NCBI GenBank assembly: GCA_964234715.1
Contig: OZ174275.1
Direction: 5' to 3' (one strand)
Source of the DNA: Podarcis melisellensis
Taxonomy: Eukaryota
DNA length: 64,000 nucleotides
Shown: one piece after another, positions 1-14,055 of the stretch
Position numbering within the stretch: position 1 is the stretch's first letter
Layout: every line of letters starts with the position of its first letter
Notes under the pieces: generated by a model
What the model saw: only the letters and a program-made list of their open reading frames with translations
Told to the model about the DNA's origin: nothing
Database searches by the model: none
Program-made: the position numbers and the translations under genes

Positions 1-1920
1 ATGCAGGTAACAGCTCTTATTCTGCTATTGATTTATGTCTTAGAAGGAACAGATTCCCTTCAGCAAGCATACCTTTGCCTTAATTGAAGTAATTACTCTT
101 GTTTGCATTTTCTGAGAAATACAAACCAGTTTCTTTCAGCAAGAACCTAGTTCCCTTTGCAAACACACAGATTAGTAGAACACTTTGTGACCATGCTGCA
201 CCTCTGTGGTGGGGAATTCAATTGCTCTAACCTATGACAACTAGTACCTGTGCTCTTTGTTATTTACATCGCTTGTGTTTTCATTTGGGCCCCTGCGAAA
301 GTTCTTTACAAATTCAAGCTGCTGCTTGGTGATAAACCCTAACCTTGCATCTCCATCGTCTGCAATTGTTGGGGGGGGGTATGGGTAGGAATCTTGCCCA
401 TGTTCTCCCTTGTCAACATGCGCTGACCCTGTGGATCACTATGGGAGCCATCTCTTTTTCTTCAGTTCTAGCTAGCATTCCTCCTTGCCTCACATTCCCA
501 TTTAACAGATAAATGCATCAATTTCCTTTTGCTGTTCATTACTTGCTTCTCCAGGACTGGATTCAAAGGTGACTTTTGTGAGTAGAAGAGCACTACCACT
601 TGTTAAAGGCAACCTGGTTGATTTCTCTCTCCACTACAGCCCACCCGCATCCCATCTAATGCTGTTCTGGAGGGTCCACTTACCATCAGAAGAAGCTTCT
701 GGGGACACAGTGGGCTATATAGCAGGTGACGGAACCAAAAAAGTTCTACTGCAGAAGCAAAGGTTGACTTGCTCTTCTGTGACTCTTTGCTGAGACTACC
801 AGTTCAGGAGCTTCTGGCAAGACATAACCAGACATATTAATTGGGAACATGTAGAGGGAAATGTTGTTCTGGGCCATTTATTGCCGCCTATGTTTAAAGT
901 TTCTAAAAAAAATTACCCAAATGACCAGATCTTTCCCAGCTTGACTCTTCAGATTATTCTGTAAATCTTTTTAACCTCCCAAAGTGTCAGGTACCATGTG
1001 AATAAAATAGTAGAGTGTGATTGCCTCAAAGTCATATGGGTTGTTGCCATCACCAATCCACATATAATACAAATCCATCCACGCCATTCAAAATAATGTT
1101 AAAGTCAAATTCCTGTTGTCCAACTTAAAGAATGCATTTCAGGAGATAAATATGCAAGATTCCTATATGAAGCGTTCTCCCTACTCCCCACCCCACCCCC
1201 CAAAACGCTGCTACCATTGAAGGCATGCATCTGGGGTTGGGGCTGGGGACTGCCCCATCTGAAATAACTGAAATAATAATTGTGCTGTTCTTTGATTGTC
1301 TAAATGCATACTTCTATAGGAAATCAATTTATCATTGTGGAAGCAGGAAAAAATATTTTAATCTTGCTGAATAGTGCATTTCCCATCTTGAAAAAAAACC
1401 TTCCCATAACATTTTTTTGGGTTAAAGATTACATCAATAGCACATGGAATCAACTGGCAGGTAACAGGTTTTTAAATGTCACAGCCGCAACATGACCCAG
1501 ATTAGGCTTGCCTGAACTCATTAGAATCAATGTGTTTGAAGCACGGCAAAATCGGTATAGGATTTTGACTTCTGAATTTATTCCAAATGTTTGTAAATGG
1601 TGTCATAAAACAACTCTCCTGACTTCAACCAACTCTTTCACTATAAAGGATCTGAAACAGACATCTTAAAAGAACTCTATATATTACTCAGCAAGTCTCT
1701 TGTTAGCCACTCAGATACAAGGGCTGGTTAGTATATTGAATAGCTGGCATATCAGTCTGGAGTTGCATAGCTTGGTGCCCTCTATCACTGTCAACCTATG
1801 AACCTCAGATGAAGGACATTTAATAAACAAGGAGTGTAACAGTACTGGGTACTTGATAGTGGAGAGTGAATTGGCTTTGTAAATTACCTGGTGTGAGGTT
1901 CTGGAAGACACCAGTGTCAT

Positions 1921-2190
1921 GTTACAGAGAACCAGGCAGAGGGCCTTCTCTGTAGGGCCGCCCTCCCTGTGGAATGCCCTCCCTTTAGGGGAAGGAGATA
2001 AATAACTATACAACTTTTAGAAGATATATGAAGGGAGCCCTGTATTGGGAGGTTTTCAATGTTTGATGTTTTATTATGTTTTTATATGTGTTGGAAGCTG
2101 CCCAGAGTGGCTGGGGCAACCCAGCCAGATGGGTGGGATATAAATAAAACTATTATTTTTTATTTTATTTTATTTTTTATTTATTATATT
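1921..2190 (+). mobile_element. L2-clade LINE 3' end fragment
   Basis: Sequence ...accaggcagagggccttctc...ccagagtggctggggcaacccagccagatggg...taaataaaa followed by a (ttatt)-like tail. Same family as the minus-strand copy at 36850-37280. Confidence 0.85.
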
Positions 2191-3401
2191 TTACAAGTTG
2201 TGCTTGGACAGGATAAAGCACATCTAAATGCAGACATCTATCAGATACATTGTTAATAAATCTAGATATCTGTTCTAGCACTGTAATGAATAGCATGTTT
2301 ATTGGCAAATTTTCTATCTTGCCCTTCATTGTAAACGATCACAGGTGAGGTTGCAACACTTAATTGATTGGACTATGCCAATTTGTTAAAGTTGGAACAA
2401 AATTCACTGTATTGTTTTGTACAATTGTGTGTGTTTTTTGGGGGGGGGGGAGGGTGGAATGGAGAACATTGAAGAACCCTGCAGCCACAGAAGTAGTTTG
2501 ACGAAGGAAGGATATCTGAGACATTCCACAGCTTTTCTGTAGGTGATATGTAAGAGCAGGGAGACAAAGCAGAAAACTGTAGAAACAAAGGGACAGGCTT
2601 CCCATGTCTCTGTAAGCAATAGATGTGTTATTTCTATTTCTCAGAAACAGAACAAATGTGCCTTCGTACACACTACCAATAATATGCAGTGTTCAGAAAT
2701 GCCTACCCATGAGATTTAATGCAGCTGACCCTCAAGACTGGGTGTACTTTGTATATGGATTGAATATTAATTAGTAGCAATGTGAACATCAAGGGTATGT
2801 GCTAATAAATCTGTCAGTACCCCTCATCAGAGCTATACAAGTGCATTAGAAGACTAATGACAGGACTCCACCATGCATGGCTGTTATCCCATTTGCTGAT
2901 ATTAAACAGAATGACGGGAATACCTTTTGTAGGCCAGCCAGCTTGTAGGAGCAATATGCTTGCATCAGTGGCTCCCTCCCACTTTGGCTTGCACAGCAGG
3001 GGCTGTCATTCCATTCAAACAGCAGCTTCCCAAAACTTAATCTACAGCTGCTTCCAGCACACAGAAGGCAGCTTCCAGTACAGAGGCAGCTTCTAGTATA
3101 ACCAAGGAAAACATCTTTTTGAAAAACTCCTGCTGATTCTTTGGGGGCCTGAGGTTTTCCTCTTGAAATAGAACAGGGATGAATGAAAAATTACATGCGA
3201 CTTAATCTGTTCCTTCCAGGGTTGTTATATTTCTCAACCTTCATTCATAATGATATTTGTAGGATCCTATAATTGGAGGGAGTTGTGGCTACACATCCCC
3301 TTGTTGATAGTAGGAAGAGGATTCATATCTAAATCCTCAAGCTATTTTAGCCATCAAATCCTACAATAAGCTATTTCAGTGGGTAAGTGGTACTATTGAA
3401 A

Positions 3402-3600
3402 GTCAGTGTGGCATGGTTGTTGGACAAGGACCAGGAAACTCAGGTTCAGATAAGGAAAGCTTATTGGGTGATCTTGGGCCAGTCAGTACCTCACAGCCTA
3501 ACATACCTTACAGAATTATTATGAAGATAAGACAGGATAGATTAATGTATGCACCCCTTTGCTCTTTGGTGGAAGAGTGGCATATAAATATAATAAATAA
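3402..3600 (+). mobile_element. Old MIR/Ther1-like (Squam3A-like) SINE
   Basis: Degenerate head cagtgtggcatggttg, CORE-like tgggtgatcttgggccagtcag..cagcctaacataccttacag, and an A/T tail. Confidence 0.6.
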
Positions 3601-3895
3601 TTTTTTCTCTGTGTGTGCTCTGTAAAGGTATTGTAAGGGAATAAACCTGTTTAAAGCTTCCTAGATATGGATGTGTTCAGTGGATATTTCTGTTCATTAT
3701 TTGGAGTGGAGTTGGAAGCATTGTCCATTTTGCAGTATGTAGGTATGAGAGTATGGCATTCTTATTGAAGAAAGGGGTAAGGTTGAATACACACAGTTCA
3801 TTAGTCTCTGGTTTTCACATCTTTGTTAAAGGAAGTAGCAGAGAGAGTGACAAGATGCACAGAGGCAAGGGCTCCTGTCCCTTTAACAGTTGCTC

Positions 3896-3917
3896 AGAGA
3901 GAGAGAGAGAGAGAGAG
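3896..3917. repeat. (AG)n microsatellite
   Basis: Read directly. Confidence 0.95.
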
Positions 3918-4751
3918 AAATTAAATCAATGGAAGAAGGAACTTTGCAGTCAAGTTTTGTCTTGTAGGGGAAGCTGTTACAATTTCCTCTTCCATATAGC
4001 AGTTAAAAGTATAGGAGCTCTGCCTTCCTTTGCATGTGGCTATAATAGGTAAATTCATTGAATTGCTAATACAGTTTGGGTTTTTCTTGCTGCATCTAAA
4101 TTTACAAGCCCTGTTGAGATCAATGGGAGTTCTGCACTGGTAACTGTAAAGCGTTGCTGACTTAATCAATCTTAGAAGAAGTGAAAAATGGTGCTTCACA
4201 TTCTCAATATATTAAAAGTACTAAAAGAGATGAACAAGGGACCTTTCTGCCTGATGCTAATCCTGGCCAGGGCATTTAGCTGAGAAATAAAATAACTGAT
4301 GTGAGTCAACATGGTTTAATTGAAAATGCTTTTGCTAAACATCCTGTTATTCCTTTGTGGCGAGATTAACAGTCTGCTTGATAAAGGCATTTGTGATGTA
4401 ATATTATACCCTCAATTAAAAGGAGGTATTATATAGAACACAATCAGGGTTCACATTGTATGGATTAAAATTATCTTTTGTACAGCTGTGAATAGAGATA
4501 CCAGTTAACAACACAGTGTATAGCCAAGGTTAATTTATTAGTTCAACATTGTTCTACTATCTACTGTTGTAATGACATTATAAAATGTTTGCTGAAAAAG
4601 TTCTTAAGGTTAACCATATGACAGCTGCTGAAGAATAGCCCGTGAAATGGAGGGAGTGCAAGCCTACCTGCTAAATTATCAATTGCAAGCAAATTAATAC
4701 CATTTGAAGGAACACGATAAATTTGATACCAAAAGGCATCTTGTGTCCATG

Positions 4752-4787
4752 ACCACTGCCCACTTGCTCACCACTGCCCACTTGCTC
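4752..4787. repeat. 18-bp perfect tandem duplication
   Basis: accactgcccacttgctc x2. Confidence 0.9.
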
Positions 4788-4939
4788 ATTTTGAGTTGCT
4801 GCCATATTGCCAAAGGAGCCAAGGAGGTTGATGAATGTGCGTGATGGTCCAAAAACCACAAAGTCTGTAAGTACTTGGCTGGAATAAAAATTAAGACAAG
4901 TGACATGACCAGATGAAGAATTAATATTTGTATTCAGTT

Positions 4940-5330
4940 AATATTTACACCCCATCTTTCTTCCATCATGGAACCCAAGGCAGCTTCCATGGGGTTCCCA
5001 AGGGCTCTCTCATGCACTGGAGGCTGAACCATTAGGGTGCAAAGAGCACGACCTCACCAGTTTCAAGTCTGTCCTCAGCCAGCCCTCATCAGCCAGTCTT
5101 CTTACTTACAGCCAGTCCAGGGGGTCAGGGTGGCCATGGTTGTCAGCTTTCTCCACTTTTCCATTAGTGTAGCATTTTAGGAGGAGGATGGTGGAGAAAA
5201 TGAGAATTAGTTGGCACTGCCTGTTATCAGCTTGGCCTCTGACTACTGTTGGCCTCTCTGCTTTCTGCCCTGCCAGTCCAAATGGACACTAGCCACAAAT
5301 GCGTCCAGGCATTGACCAGACCCCACTGCT
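4940..5330 (-). mobile_element. Possible 5S-derived SINE remnant interrupted by a DNA-transposon fragment
   Basis: tccaggcattgaccagaccccactgctt (~5304-5331) and gctctctcatgca resemble the reverse complement of a 5S internal-promoter head. They are separated by ~280 nt with cactggaggctg...ctagccacaaatg termini. Heavily diverged. Confidence 0.35.
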
Positions 5331-8149
5331 TTGAAACCTTTAACAGGGGAATGTTTTTGTTCAATCAGCAACAACTGCTCCAAATATTACTACAAATATT
5401 TTAATGTAAACAATTACTATTATTATTATTTATTCATTTTGTTGCCTCTTTTATAATTTTAAGAGGGGTGGAATCTCCAAGAAGTTTACAACACATTAAA
5501 ACATCAAATGAAACACTCCAGAACAAAACATTAAGAGAAGAAAGTCAAATATAAAGTATACATTCAAAGCAACATGATTAACAGGAAACTAAAATATTAG
5601 CTTCAAGATTTCAAAATAAAACATTACAAGGTCAGCTACAGCATAAACATTTAATGCAGCAAAGTTAACAACACTAACAAAAACTATTTTAAACGTTTCA
5701 GATAAAAATATTGCTAAATTAAGTTCGATACTAAATGTGCATTTAAAACAGCATAAGTAGGAAAAGAATAAGATATTATATGTACAGAACATGTAAGCTT
5801 CTGTTGCTGCCAGTCCTGCCAATGGTGGTGCATGGTGGGCGGTGGCTATAGAAGCTCAGGCTCAGTGACCTGGGTCTGCATTCAAAGACAGCCAAGATAG
5901 TCTTTGGCATCTTCAGCGCCCTCAGCTTTTGCAGTTGGAGTCAGTGAGGGCCCTGCTCTCCCAGGCCAGGTGGAAAAAGCCCTGCACGCCAGGGAGCAGG
6001 GCTTCCAGGTCTCTCACTCAAAATGATGTCAACTTGGGTTTGAGAACAGGATGTTACCTATTACAGGGAAGGGCCAGGTTTCCTCACTTAGTAGAAAGTA
6101 AATCCCATGTAATTTTGTTTATGGGACTGGTTCATGTATCTTGTGCCTAATCTGAATTTCCTGCAAAGCTTCTTGCTTGAGAGCATAATGGGATTTTGGT
6201 TTTGTGGGCCATGCCAATCCAAACAAATATGGTTAGCTCTAGTAATCTGAGCATTAGTTTCCAAGATCTTGAGAACAAGGTCAGCTTTCGGCACCACCTC
6301 TCCACCCCCATAATATGATGATGATGATAGTGCTCAGCATCTGGCTAGGTTCTATTGCCACATAATAACTAGGTTTTAACTCCACTGTTAGAGGGAAAAT
6401 CCTTCTGAATGCCACTTGCTAGAAGCTGCAGATGGGGAGAGAGCTCTTGGTCACTGTGAGAACAGATTGCTTGACTAGATGGGTCTTTGGACACATCCAG
6501 CAAACACTTCCTTTGTTCTTTCTTTCTTGCTATCTGTGGTTACCTAACCATCATCTAAATAGTTTAGAGAAGAGGTTTGTGTGAGAGGGGGAGAGAGAGA
6601 ATCTTTATAATGGATAAAAATGAGCAGGTTGGACCTGTGAACGGAAAGTGATTAGCTCTGTGTTTCCATTTTATCCAACCCTCCCCCCATGTTTATAAAT
6701 AGTGTTTTGCAAAACATCCTAATATGTATTCAGCTATTATTTAAGTTAATGGAGGGCTTGATTTTATGGTTTCTTCCTTCGTATTGTTAGACAAGCTAAT
6801 GGGATTTTATAAGCAAGTTCATAATGCAGTGTTCTATGTAGCCATCTCAGAATTGATTATCCATTAACTACTGATTAAAAAATACCCTCCAGACAAATTG
6901 GAAATAGAACGGACTTTTTATTTTGAGTCAGCAGCATCTGTCCATGACGATAAAAGCACAACAACTCAGAGCTTTCTTCTAAGTGTCAGACTGTCAGGCT
7001 AGAACGTGATCATATGGAGAGAGGCTGGAGTTGTGCCAACAGTACTTATGCTAGACGTCAACTACAAATATTCAGCCAAAGTGAACTGGGATGATCTTGA
7101 AGAACAGTAATAGCAGCTGCCTAAAGTAATTCTCCAGACTGGCGGTAATGAAATCATGATTTGCTGCTATTATGTCTGGTAGTTGCTGTCTATTCCAAGA
7201 ATTAATCCATGCTTTTAAAAGGCATATCACTTGAATCCCATACAAGAGCTGTGTAATGCATTTTTACTTTTTGTGGATGATCCATCTTTGGTGGATGGAA
7301 GTGAAGAAACAGATATTTCTTTTAATAAAATGCTAACGAGTGCAGTTAGTAACTAGCAGCAAAAGCAATGTATTCATTCCTTTGCCCCCGGGGTTCTGTC
7401 TCTAGTATGAATTGCATGTTGCAGCTTAGACAGTACCTGCCTAAAATGAATCCGGGTATTGAATTAATAATTTAATCTGTATCCCACAGAAATGAATGGG
7501 ACTTAAGTTCGTAATGTGTAACTTAAATCTCATTGATTTCAGTGGAAACTAAGTGAAACCTATTGGATGCAAACCACTGTGTGTATACAGTAACACACAC
7601 ACAGAGAGAGGGGGGGGGGACTGGCTTCCAAACTTGAATGAACTGTGGAATGGTGAGCTGTTGACAAAATGTCAAACTGCAAACATGATTATAATTGCCA
7701 TCCTTATTAAACTACATATTTTTAGGGCTGATGATGCCATTTTGTCCCCTAATATATGATCATTATCCAAACAGCTTGTTTTCCAATGTACATGTGCCCT
7801 GCATGTCAAAAGTGTGCGCAAATGTCATTGTGCCCTTGTGAGCGTAATTATTGTATAATTTTTTTACTCTGCGGGCATGAAAAGCAATTCGGCCTACACC
7901 ACATAAAGCAAGTTGTAACTACTATTATGTGCTGGTTAACTGAATTAGATAGGAATATGGGCTGACATCATAGTACTTTTCCCATCAAATGAAAAGCTTA
8001 CAAATTAAAATATTGACTGCTTTAAAATATAGCTGCATTCACATTTCTTTTTAACTCAGGACTACTGATGATAGCTTTCCAGGCACACTATGATTTTATT
8101 ATTTATTATGTTGCCAAACTTACGTTAGTTTGCGATTTTAAAATTTCAA

Positions 8150-8151
8150 TT

Positions 8152-8235
<84 letters not shown>

Positions 8236-8237
8236 TC
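8150..8237. repeat. (TTTC)n microsatellite
   Basis: About 22 perfect units, read directly. Confidence 0.98.
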
Positions 8238-8749
8238 CCAAGTCTGCCATTTTACTGCATCACCCCTTTGTTTTGGGCTGTATACTATGGTGATGAATTA
8301 TTTTCCCTATACTATTGTGACTTAATCAATCTCTGATCCCTCTCTGATCCCTCCTTTTACAAGGTGCTCTGTTAACAGGCTTGTAAATCCTATCTCATCC
8401 ACCTTTTCACCTGAGAAGATCTTTAGCTACTTTAATTTACTGACTAATAATGGCAAATGGCGGGGCTGCAAGAGCGTAAACTGCACATGAATCAGCAATG
8501 TGAAGCTGTTCTGAAATGGATGGGGTGTAGTTCCTTACCTAGGGAACATAGGAAGGAAAACTAATGATGACTGGGCACAAATTAGGATTCAGGAGCAGCT
8601 GTTACTTAACAACCATTTTAAATGGTTCCTGTGGAGGGCAGGGCTACTCTGTCTTTTAGTGGTTGTATACAGCAGGTACTTTCTGGAGGTACAGTTTATC
8701 ATGCAGGTATGAGAGAAGCCTCAAGTACTGGAAATTCCTACAGGGATCT

Positions 8750-8834
8750 CATCCTGATATTTTCCCAGTTGGATTACTGCAATGCATTACACATGGGGCT
8801 ACCTGCAAAGATGTCTTGGAAGCTTCTACAAGTA
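8750..8834 (+). mobile_element. L2 LINE RT C-terminal fragment, host of the adjacent MITE
   Basis: Translates SQLDYCNALHMGLPAKMSWKLLQV, matching the L2 motif SRLDYCNALxxGLP...KLQLVQN. Confidence 0.75.
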
Positions 8835-9076
8835 CAGTGGTACCTCGGGTTACATACGCTTCAGGTTACATACGCTTCAGGTTAAACCTCCGCTAACCCA
8901 GAAATAGTGCTTCAGGTTAAGAACTTTGCTTCAGGATGAGAACAGAAATTGGGCTCTGGTGGTCTAGCAGCAGCAGGAGGCCCCATGAGCTAAAGTGGTG
9001 CTTCAGGTTAAGAACAGTTTCAGGTTAAGAACGGACCTCCGGAATGAATTCAGTACTTTAACCTGAGGTACCACTG
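8835..9076. mobile_element. Non-autonomous Tc1/mariner (pogo/Tigger-type) MITE
   Basis: TA|CAGTGGTACCTCGGGTT...AACCTGAGGTACCACTG|TA. TIRs, TA TSD and internal gcttcaggtta repeats. Confidence 0.92.
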
Positions 9077-10634
9077 TATAGAATATGACTGTAAGTCCCT
9101 CATTCATTGGAACTTGAGCCTGGATTATTTCAGAGGGGAGGGAGTTCCACAAGTTGAGCACCACTACAGAAAAGACCTTCCCTAGGTTGGTGCATAATGC
9201 ACCTCAGCCAACAGCGGCAAAATCAGTCTCAAGAAATGGGCATGTCTGTGTCAAAGCAGGTTTTCCTTTGCATGTGCACAACCCAAATTGTTTAGACCTT
9301 TCAATGCCAACATTGTGGGTGCCTGCCCCAAAGTCCTGCTCAAAGTGCCCTACTGCCGTTGACCTGAGAATGAGAAACCCTAAGGATTTGTGAAGCATGG
9401 CGTTCAAACACGGTGTGAATCCATTTCAATTCACTGTCAAATATCCCAAACAAGACTACTTCGGGACGATTGTTCAAAACCTAGGTCATCTAACAGAAGG
9501 CCCTCTCTGTGCAATGCTTCCACATTTTTTTAAATTGTTTTGACCACAACCCATAATGTTGCTTCTTCACTGATGGGTGTGAGGTTTGTGATCATGCCTT
9601 TTAATCTTCTCATGCTTAAATGCACAAGGATTTATGTTAGCACTTCAGGTGGAGAAAGAAGGATTCTTGTATCACTGGGTATTTGTGCTTCCCTGCAGTA
9701 CAGATCAAACTGAGGGTTTAGAGACTGTTGGTTTAATGTTACAAAGACACAGTTTCTCACTAGAAATGGCTCATTTGTCAGCAGGTTAAATTCCAGAGGG
9801 CTTTGCTTCATGTTTTGTTTTACTTTTTAGAAATGAATCTCACATGAGCATTTACCATTTCTGACAGCTGCTGAATGCTCCCTTCTGTGGATTTTCCCGG
9901 CATAAAAGAATCATTTGTTGTTGTTTCAAGTATCTCTTGTGGTCAGGGACATTTCTACTACTCCTCTGCTCGTGCTTACTGTTTGCATTCTTCCCCTTGC
10001 ATTATCCCTAAATGAATACCTACTGCTTCTAACCTCTACCTAATGCCTCTAGCCCTCTACATTTGTTAAGTGTTTGATGGTTTGTTTGCCAGACACTCAT
10101 ATTTGCCATTATAGCTTTAACAAAAGATAGAGAATAGTGTTACTCCGCATTGTGATGATGCTATATTTCCTAATTTTCTGACAATAAAAAGCTATCAAAG
10201 CAAAAGAAAAACCCCACGATTGATGCAAAGATATTGATGGTACTCAAAGATGCTTAGAGATTAATGAGTTATTATGCCTCGTGGCTCTGGCAGGGGGCTT
10301 TCTCTTGCTTGTTTGCCGAGACACAAACGATTGAATTGGGGGCCTTGTGTGTGCTATATTTCTCTCCACAAAGGTGGTGCTGGTAGCCTGTTTTTCCCCC
10401 CTCACTGAGCTTTTATGTGCAATGCTCTCTCTCTTATACACAAGACTACTGGAAGAATTCATCCAGTGTTTTCAAGTGGGTTGCTGGCAGCTTGCCATTG
10501 TCACTTGACTCTATTTCTTCTTTCCATCTGAATAAGGTATGGTGGTTTTACCTTTGAATGGGTGTTTCGGATCAGTTTCGGCTGAAACGTAATCCAGACG
10601 AGAAGGAATTTTTCATGATGGGTGGTCTTAAAGT

Positions 10635-10800
10635 ACAGGAGCCTCCTCATTCACGGGAGGGTTACATTCCCAGGTACCACGAGTATACATGAATTGCGTA
10701 TAGTGGGAAGCACCATCTTAAAAGCCTGTAAACACCTTCTAAACCTTTGGAAACTGTTGAAACCGCCATTCCCAAACTCCAACTCTCTACAGGCCTTAAA
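10635..10800. mobile_element. Possible Tigger/pogo-like transposon end
   Basis: TA|CAGGAGCCTCCTCATTCACGGGAGGGTTACATTCC resembles MER2/Tigger-type termini. No partner TIR was located. Confidence 0.35.
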
Positions 10801-10939
10801 GGTAAGTGCAAAGGCTCTTGAGATTGCAGTTGCCATTTCCCCACTCTTTTCTGTCCGTTTTTGCATCTTTTTGCAGTTTAAATCAATTGTACTTAATTAC
10901 CGGTATTTCCCAGTGCCGTGTGTATACATGGTTGTGCAT

Positions 10940-11175
10940 CAGTGTGGTGTAGTGGTTAAGAGCAGTGGACTCGTAATATGGTGAACCGGGTTCGCTCCAC
11001 ATGCAAGTGCTGGGTGACCTAGGGCTAGTCACACTTCTTTGAAGTCTCTCATCCTCACTCACCTCACAGAGTGTTTGTTGTGGGGGAGGAAGGGAAAAGG
11101 AGATTGTTAGTCGATTTGAGACTCCTTAGGGTAGTGATAAAGCGGGATATCAAATCCAAACTCTTCTTCTTCTTC
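10940..11175 (+). mobile_element. Squam3-type (Ther1/MIR-derived) tRNA SINE
   Basis: A-box tggtgtagtggttaag, B-box-like ggttcgct, CORE gctgggtgacctagggctagtcac and a (ctt)n tail. Closely similar to the copy at 52577-52830. Confidence 0.88.
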
Positions 11176-12434
11176 ATCATCATCAGTCAAACATGCATGG
11201 GTGTGGGTGTGCATGACATCATGATGTCACATGCACTAGACACCCATAACCTGGGGACCAAGTCGGCTCTCCTGATAGCAGCTATTTTATGATTGGCATC
11301 CCCAGGACTCCCTCAAAGTTCAAAATGTGCCCACGATCTCAAAAATGTTGGCGACTTTTGCATTAGGGCAGTTAGGGCACTGTGCCATCAACTTCAGCCT
11401 TCCCACTCCACCACTTTCTGCTCTCTTACTGACAAGTCAGCCTCTGGCCCCATTCCACCCCACCAGGCTCAATGTGCACCAATACACCACTGAAATGTAG
11501 TATGATAAACTCTAGGTTCTCATAATCTCTGAAATAATAACACAAAAAGTCTGACTAGCTAGAGGGCAAAGCAAACAAGACACTTCCTATGGTGAATGGA
11601 GAGATTTCATTATGTATATAAACTGCAAAGACCGAGACAGGCGAGTTGCATCAAAATATCTGAGTTTGTGGAAGACTTGGGGGGGGGGGAAGCCTTTTCT
11701 TGAATAAAAAGCAAGTCATCTGCATTTAAATATGTATATTTAATGCATTTTATCTCAAAGTGCACATGCCTAAACTTCTGCATTAAAAGCACATTTTGAG
11801 ATAAAATATTTTGTAACTGTTTTGAGCCTGAGGACTATGCCAGAGCATTTTGGAAATGCAAGAGCTGGTGGATAGCTGTGTCCTGATCCACAGATTAAGA
11901 TGGGGAATGTGGATCAGGCTAGTTCATATCACAATTTGCAAAGACGGAATCCCTCAAACATCCATACTGGGAGCAAGTGCTCCCTCGGACATACTGGGCC
12001 CAGGTTAAATAGCGCTTTAAGCAAGAAGAATCAGCATCTTGAAAACAGCACTGAAACCAACTGGAGGCATTCCTGCAATACTGATGTTATACACTCTTTG
12101 TGACTATTGCTTATTGCTATCAGCAGTCTGGCTGTTACATTCTGGGCAAACTGTTTACAAATCGCCCTCATGAGAAGCCTCACGTGCAGTAGCACATGAC
12201 ATCAATCCAGCGGTGCAGATGTACAGTATCTTTTCCCAACAGCAGGCTATATAACCAGGAAACCTATTATTTGAATGCTGTAAGCACCCTGGTGGTTTGC
12301 TCCATTAGTTGTTTGCTTGAAATGAAGGAACGAACGTGTTGACACAGAGGCAACGTGTGTTTGAACGTTGTAGTTCAAAAAATGTGTGTTCCCCCATTGG
12401 GTAACCATGCAAATACAAATCCTGGAGCATGGAT

Positions 12435-12565
12435 NNNNNNNNNNNNNNNNNNNNNNNNNNNNNNNNNNNNNNNNNNNNNNNNNNNNNNNNNNNNNNNNNN
12501 NNNNNNNNNNNNNNNNNNNNNNNNNNNNNNNNNNNNNNNNNNNNNNNNNNNNNNNNNNNNNNNNN
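12435..12565. other. Assembly gap (131 N)
   Basis: N run. Confidence 1.
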
Positions 12566-13802
12566 AGCAAACACATGCATAAGTGATGCAGACCAGAAAT
12601 TACAGGTCCCAGGATTTTGGGGGGTGGCATTGGTGAAATCTACTTTAAAAGTAATGGTGTGTACACAGCCAGTGTGTGCAGGGTGTGTTTACTTCCCTCT
12701 TGCTACACCTCAATGCTTCTGAATATACAGAGACTACAAAGGCACCATGGCTCTCCAGTAATTTCTTCCTACGAGAAAACTGATCCTGGATGTTTCTATT
12801 AGTTGAAAATGAGAGGCTGTATTTATATTGTGAAGAAACCAAGGGAAAGCATGCAGACTGGTGATTGACAGGAGTTTTTAGATTAGGACAGGTTGCAGAC
12901 TTGGGAGCTGAAGGCCTATATGTCTTTGTGAATCACTTCAATGCCAGCCCATAATTATGGCTTTTTGAAGCCACTGTTTCTTTTGGTTTTTAATAAATGT
13001 AAGCACATTCTTGTTCACTCTCTGCAGCTATTTCTGGTAATGGATCATGGATTTATGGAGAAAAACTGCTCATTACAGCCTTTTAAAGGATCTAATTAAT
13101 TGCTAATTACCAAGCACTATTTAGTGGGAAGATCTGGAGCTTTCTACTCTGTTTAAACTACGGAAGTGGAAATTTGGTGGCGCAATGAGGCATCATAGAT
13201 TAGTTTGCTGCTGTGTTTAACAGCGAATGTCAAGAGGCATTGAGAACCCATCAGAATAAATTCTATATGTTTGTTATAGTTTCTTTTAAAAACAGAATAG
13301 AAAAGATTAGGGTTTTTTGGGGGGGCGAGAAGGAATAAGTTGAACATATGTATGCATTTTGCATTTTGGCTTCAGCGCTATCAGCCTGTCCATGTGTCAG
13401 GAGTTGGAGTCCATGATACGATGTCTGTGTGACGTGGACACACACAACCAGATTTTGGCTATTTTTATATTATAAATTCTTCTTTGATGAGTCTTATTTT
13501 TATGTTCACTATGGCATATTGGGGTGGGGAATGATATGTAGGAGTTCTTCCTTTGTGATTGTGCTGTACTCCCACTGAAAGGAGAAATGTGAGAAAGTGA
13601 GCATCTGTAAGGGGGCTAGACATGTGGATTATGAAGACTTGTGTAGTCACAGCAACCCTTCTCTGCAAATTACTGTGGCTGCCCATATACATTGTTTACA
13701 TGTGTGCTAATTATAATCACAAATCTTGCCTCTGAAACAAAAAGAGCGAGGACAAAGGAGGCCTCTCAGGCAAAGCCAACCGTGAAATAAAAAAGTTAAT
13801 AA

Positions 13803-13946
13803 TAGAATAATAGAGTGGCAGAGTTGGAAGGGACCCTAAGGAGCATCTAGTCCAATCCCCTGCAATACAGGAACATGTGGCCCTCTCATTGATTGAACCT
13901 GCAATCTTGGCATATGATCACCAAGTTCTAACCAACTGAGCTATCC
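13803..13946 (-). mobile_element. tRNA-headed SINE with CR1-type 3' tail
   Basis: Reverse complement of the family at 61491-61649: gagttggaagggacc..tctagtccaatcccctgcaat..ttctaaccaactgagcta. Confidence 0.75.
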
Positions 13947-14055
13947 ATAGTATAGAACAGTTCGGTTGACTTCCACAGTCTTCAATAAGTAGAAATGCAG
14001 ATTCACACACTATGTAACTGCTGTGGTACATATTCAGTAGGAGATGTTCAGTAGG

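Noticed and set aside
8845-9035. Interspersed gcttcaggtta repeats that superficially resemble a CRISPR array
   Set aside because: Short, irregularly spaced internal repeats of a MITE in a vertebrate intron, with no cas genes.
12247-12722. ORFs spanning N runs (also 49581-49824)
   Set aside because: Artefacts of assembly gaps.
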